Assembly: GCF_006345805.1 (NCBI RefSeq)
Contig: NW_021825989.1
Span: forward strand, 1-14,010
From: Octopus sinensis
Taxonomy: Eukaryota
DNA length: 14,010 nucleotides
Direction of reading: 5' to 3'
Part shown: positions 10,060 through 14,010 of the stretch, in pieces
Numbering within the stretch: the first letter of the stretch is position 1
How the letters are laid out: each line of letters opens with the position of its first letter
The notes under the pieces: generated by a model
Database searches by the model: none
Seen by the model: only the letters and a program-made list of their open reading frames with translations
What the model was told of the DNA's origin: nothing
Program-made: the position numbers and the translations under genes

Positions 10060-10289
10060 TCGGACTGTTGCCATGGTAACGAAGCTAAAGCACGCAAAGT
10101 GAAGCCGTTTGGTACAGATTGACTTTGTACGCTGATGTGCATGCGCACTAAAGTTTAACGTTCCAGATCACTTCCGCTCTTTACAGCAGTGCTTGGAATG
10201 AAAGTGTGTAACGTGTGATCGTCGCACTGACCAGAACTGAGAAAGTTGAACAGAGAATCTGCATCAAATTTTACCAAAAGCTTAGCGAT
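10060..10289 (+). mobile_element. Mariner 5' fragment (5'UTR plus start of transposase)
   Basis: 10236-10289 translates TEKVEQRICIKFYQKLSD, the mariner N-terminal EQRICIKF motif. The start codon has decayed and the element is cut off by a SINE tail. The left boundary is uncertain. Confidence 0.7.
10067..10177. promoter_or_regulatory. Cluster of RFX X-box, NRF1-like and ETS motifs upstream of the mariner ORF
   Basis: GTTGCCATGGTAAC (10067-10080), TGTGCATGCGCA (10136-10147) and CACTTCCGC (10169-10177). Motif matches only; no functional data. Confidence 0.4.
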
Positions 10290-10415
10290 GAAATAAGTCC
10301 AAGGCTTACAATGAATGAGTCTTGGGGATAGATTTCTCCGACTAAAAACACTTCAAAGTGGTACTCCAGAATGGCCGCAGTCAAATGACTGAAGCAAGCA
10401 AAAGAATAAAAGAAG
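10286..10415 (+). mobile_element. Family B SINE 3' tail fragment (older, diverged)
   Basis: AAATAAGTCCAAGGCTTAC...GTGGTACTCCAGAATGGCCGCAGTCAAATGACTGAAGCAAG matches the tail of the full copies. Confidence 0.85.
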
Positions 10416-10500
10416 ATATATATATATATATATTTGTGTGCGTGTGTGTACGAACTCACTGACACACACACACACACACACACATATCTATATATATATA

Positions 10501-10738
10501 GTTGGAATTTACAGAAAAACAAAAGATGAAGAGAGGTGTATAAACAACAAACAGGTGTATTAGTTTAATGCTCGGGAAGTTGAGAAAGTCTTTTACGTTT
10601 CGAGCCTACGCTCTTCAACAGAAAGGAACACGAGAAAATAAAGAGAGTGAGAATAAAAAACGCTTTTAGGGATAGTGGTCAATCATGGCGGCAGGCTGGA
10701 CAGAGGTGGTTAGACAGGAGAGCTAGGAAAATGGGAAG
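10501..10738 (-). mobile_element. Penelope-like element terminus (pseudo-LTR/3'UTR) bounded by (TA)n runs
   Basis: Contains a hammerhead-like motif followed by a pyrimidine-rich tail ending at (TA)n. PLE termini are known to carry minimal hammerheads. No RT or GIY-YIG coding sequence is visible. Confidence 0.55.
10590..10625 (-). ncRNA. Minimal hammerhead-ribozyme-like motif (variant core)
   Basis: Minus strand CUUU-CUGUUGA-A-GAGC(GUAG)GCUC-GAAA-CG-UA-AAAG: stem I CUUU/AAAG, stem II GAGC/GCUC, palindromic stem III ACGU, putative cleavage triplet GUA. The core has A6 to U and one extra A. Confidence 0.5.
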
Positions 10739-10750
10739 ATATATATATAT

Positions 10751-11170
10751 AAACTAAACGATAGATGTAGTGAGAGAGAAAGTGGACGAATGCTAGAACA
10801 GCGTGGACGCGAGACGATTATGCTATTATGAAAGACGACTTAGCTTAGACATTTGAAAATAACCCCAATGTTATCGGTAGAACTATACACACATCTAATT
10901 TTATGAGGACAACTCGTGTATAGTTCTATAAATTATATTGAATTGGAACGATCATACTGAAGAATCCACGGACGATGATTACGTAAATAAAGTCGTTAAT
11001 GACGAAACCAGTCTACGATTAATTGTGTATTTTGTATATTTTCATCTGTCTTACTCGCTTATGTTCTGGTGTTTGCTGAATTTCTCTAGAGAACATTCTT
11101 TTCTTTGTGGTTAGATCGCAGATGATCTTCTTCTAGCATATTGGATGTCCACTTAGTGGACATCCCTTAT
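10751..11170 (+). mobile_element. Second Penelope-like terminus in opposite orientation
   Basis: Hairpin 10878-10928, hammerhead 10950-11020, U-rich tract, hairpin 11143-11165, then (ATT)n/(TA)n. Confidence 0.5.
10950..11020 (+). ncRNA. Degenerate type I hammerhead ribozyme
   Basis: GAUCAUA-CUGAAGA-AUC...GAC-GAAA-CCAG-UC-UACGAUU. It has a canonical CUGANGA and GAAA core and a GUC triplet (11011-11013). Three G-to-A changes (10954, 10964, 11010) separate it from a canonical fold with stem II GUC/GAC and palindromic stem III CCGG. Confidence 0.65.
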
Positions 11171-11187
11171 TATACGCATGCATTACA

Positions 11188-11290
<103 letters not shown>

Positions 11291-11293
11291 TTT

Positions 11294-11506
11294 TTGTGTC
11301 TCTGATCGTGTCCCCAACATCGCTTGACAAGCGATTTTTGTGTGTTTACGTCCCCGTAAATTAACGGTTCGGCAAAAGTGAACGATAGAATAAGTACTAG
11401 GCTTACAAGAAATAAGTCCTAGGGTTGATTTGTTCGATTAAAGGCGGTGCTCCAAGTAAGGCCGCTGTGAAATGACTGAAACAAGTAATAGAAAAGAATA
11501 AAAGAA
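11294..11506 (+). mobile_element. Family B SINE, 3' half
   Basis: GTGTTTACGTCCCCGT...CGGTTCGGCAAAAG...GGCGGTGCTCCA...AATGACTGAAACAAGT, ending in (AAAAGAAT)-type repeats. Confidence 0.9.
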
Positions 11507-11584
11507 TGTGTATGTGTGTGTGTTTGTTGTGTGCGCGCGCGCGTGTGTTAAAAGATCTAAATATAGTAGAAAACATATAACCTA

Positions 11585-11794
11585 TACTCTTTACTCTTTT
11601 ACTTGTTTCAGTCATTTGACTATGGCCATGCTGGAGCACCGCCTTTAGTCGAGCAAATCGACCCCGGGACTCATTCTTTGCAAGCCCAGTACTTATTCTA
11701 TCGGTCTCTTTTGCCGAACCGCCAAGTGACGGGGACGCAAACACACCAGCATCGGTTGTCAAGCAATGCTAGGGGCACAAACACAGACACACAA

Positions 11795-11827
<33 letters not shown>

Positions 11828-11990
11828 CGACAGGCTTCTTTAAGTTTCCGTCTACCAAATCCACTCACAAGGCATTGGTCGGCCCGGGGCTATAGCAGAA
11901 GACACTTGCCCAAGATGCCACGCAGTGGGACTGAACCCGGAATCATGTAGTTGGTTAGCAAGCTACTTACCACACAGCCACTCCTGCGCC
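11585..11990 (-). mobile_element. Family B tRNA-derived CORE-type SINE (octopus OR2-like), full length
   Basis: Head GGCGCAGGAGTGGCTGTGTGG (A box) and GGTTCAGTCCC (B box); CORE-like GCATCTTGGGCAAGTGTCTT; internal (TA)n(TG)n; LINE-like stem-loop tail with (GAGTAAAA) repeats. Confidence 0.92.
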
Positions 11991-12034
11991 TATATGTACG
12001 TATATTACAAAAATTCCATAATTCTATAAAATTC

Positions 12035-12156
12035 TATAATTATGAGCATAATTATAATTAGAGTTCAGCAAAATTTACTTCACCGCAGACCGGAATTTCG
12101 GTATGTATTGAAGCAAATTTTACTGAAGCCTAATTGTAATTATGCTCATAATTATA
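12035..12156. repeat. 122-bp inverted repeat (MITE-like), 48-bp arms, TA at both ends
   Basis: Left arm 12035-12082 versus right arm 12109-12156 has 5 mismatches in 48. The spacer contains an inner ACCG/CGGT stem. Confidence 0.88.
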
Positions 12157-12273
12157 TAATGTTTGTATAAGTTTACCGATAATGGTTCTTTTAACATACC
12201 GAACTACTTGGTAAAATTATTAATTATTAATTCATTAATTAATTTTACCCTTTCTTATTATTGTATACTATAG

Positions 12274-12301
12274 AAATTCCTTACGCCAGACTTTATAATC
12301 T
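12274..12301 (+). other. Candidate 28-nt microexon of an unknown host gene
   Basis: CTTTCTTATTATTGTATACTATAG acceptor and GTAAGT donor at 12302. Two open frames (KFLTPDFII or (E)IPYARLYN(L)). It lies in unique sequence. Confidence 0.25.
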
Positions 12302-12756
12302 GTAAGTTTCATATACTACATGAACAATCATCAGTGATAGAATTGAATTGGCATCTTGAAAAATACGACTAATTTTGATAGATTGGAATTATGTGTGGTT
12401 TTGCAAGAGAAACGAAGAATTAAAGAATAATTGGAACGTCCAAAAACAAGTATACTATATGCAATTTGTTATTTAACGATATATTATGAACTATTTTGCT
12501 ATGCCATGATTACATATCACATTAAAATCTTGCAATAAATACAAGACTATATTTTATTGATAAATGAATGTTAATGCTACGGCACTGGTCATTATCAAAT
12601 TATGCTTTTGCGTCTACCCAAATGCTTTAACGTTTATGGAAAATTAATGGTTTTTGCTAATCTATAAAAGCTCAGAAATACCAATGTAAAAGCTGCAGTT
12701 CTTTGAACTTTGTGTGTGGGTGGGTTGAGGTAGAGCTGTGTCTATCTCTCTCTCTC

Positions 12757-13153
12757 TTTTCTCTTTTCAGTCATTTGACTGCGGCCATGCTGGAGCACCG
12801 CCTTTAGTCGAGCAAATCGACCCCGGGACTTATTCTTTGTAAGCCCAGTACTTATTCTATCGGTCTCTTTTGCCGAACCGCTAACTGACGGGGACGTAAA
12901 CACACCAGCATCTGTTGTCAAGCAATACTAGGGGGACAAACACAGACACACAAACATATACACACACACTTATATATATATACATATACACGACAGGCTT
13001 CTTTCAGTTTCCGTCTACCAAATCCACTCACAAGGCATTGGTCGGCCCGGGGCTATAGCAGAAGAGACTTGCCCAAGATGCCACACAGTGGGACTGAACC
13101 TGGAACCATGTGGTTGGTTAGCAAGCTACTTACCACACACCCACTCCTGCGCC
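12757..13153 (-). mobile_element. Family B CORE-type SINE, full length, second copy
   Basis: Colinear with 11585-11990 with only scattered substitutions. Confidence 0.93.
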
Positions 13154-13380
13154 TATCTGTGATCACAATTATTATTATCAACATATTAAAAGATTTTTCT
13201 CCCAGATCACTCAAAGGGAATAAAGAAAGGTTTCAAGAGTTTTCCTTACAAACATTATCTTTATTTCTATTACGGATCATTTGTCAGATGAGGCTGAGGA
13301 ATGACGATGGTTTTAGCAACTTGAAACGAAAAGGAGCTAAGTTTTAACACGTTTTTTATATTGTAAAATAAAGCGTATAT

Positions 13381-13424
13381 ATTAATATATATATGTACAC
13401 ACACACACACACACACACACATGT
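13381..13424. repeat. (TA)n/(CA)n microsatellite
   Basis: Direct inspection. Confidence 0.9.
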
Positions 13425-13589
13425 ATAGGTCAGGTAGGATATATAGTTAGGGTGTTTTCAGAAAAGTACTCGAACCGTATACTGGGCTACCTCTCGGTAT
13501 CCAGGCCAAAGCCGGAATTTCTTTGTAGTACAAAATCCAAGTTTCAAGGCAGCTACACTGTAAAGTGGGTTTGGCAGAAAGCAAATCAT

Positions 13590-13667
13590 CCAAATGATAA
13601 GAAGACAAATAAATTAAACATTAAAGATGTATTAAGGAATTTTCTGTGTCTTCTTCTTATCATTTGG
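13590..13667. repeat. Fold-back inverted repeat abutting (TA)n
   Basis: CCAAATGATAAGAAGA (13590-13605) is the perfect reverse complement of 13652-13667, with weaker inner pairing. Confidence 0.8.
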
Positions 13668-13692
13668 TATATATATATATATATATACGTAT

Positions 13693-13726
<34 letters not shown>

Positions 13727-13741
13727 TATATATATATATTT

Positions 13742-13777
<36 letters not shown>

Positions 13778-14010
13778 TTGGGCTTGCGTTGTACTGCTTG
13801 TGCGTCGTGTGCGTGAGCGCGCTTTGTGCGTGTGGGCTTGCTTCGGATGTGCGCGTGCGTATGTATGCATACATACCCACACACTCGCATGCATCCCTAC
13901 CCACATACATACACGCACACCTACTCACACACACACACATACACACACATACCTGCACACACACACACATACATACATACACATACATACCTACTTCAGA
14001 CATACACACA
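13668..14010. repeat. (TA)n/(CA)n/(CATA)n low-complexity tract
   Basis: Direct inspection; runs to the window end. Confidence 0.9.

Noticed and set aside
13069-13347. 92-aa ORF and AG acceptors at about 13205 and 13288
   Set aside because: The N-terminus is antisense SINE sequence and the remainder has no homology or donor.

Overview
AT-rich eukaryotic non-coding DNA (intron or intergenic), most likely from an octopus or other coleoid cephalopod. That assignment is an inference from very long (TA)n/(CA)n tracts and three tRNA-derived SINE families like those described from octopus. No intact host gene is recognisable. The window is a mosaic of mobile-element remnants: three mariner remnants, two CR1/L2-type LINE 3' ends, ten SINE copies from three families (called A, B and C here), and two back-to-back Penelope-like termini that each carry a hammerhead-ribozyme-like motif. 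There are also three AT-rich fold-back palindromes. The most notable observations are: (i) family A occurs as monomer, dimer and trimer of a 183-184 bp body, with an identical junction in independent insertions and non-random unit variants; (ii) a LINE and the family B SINE share a 3' tail whose stem-loop has compensatory changes; (iii) two minimal hammerhead motifs with palindromic stem III lie on opposite strands; (iv) families A and B share a structured module; (v) a mariner 5' region carries clustered RFX/NRF1/ETS-type motifs; and (vi) there is one candidate 28-nt microexon. Family names are from memory of the literature and were not checked against a database.
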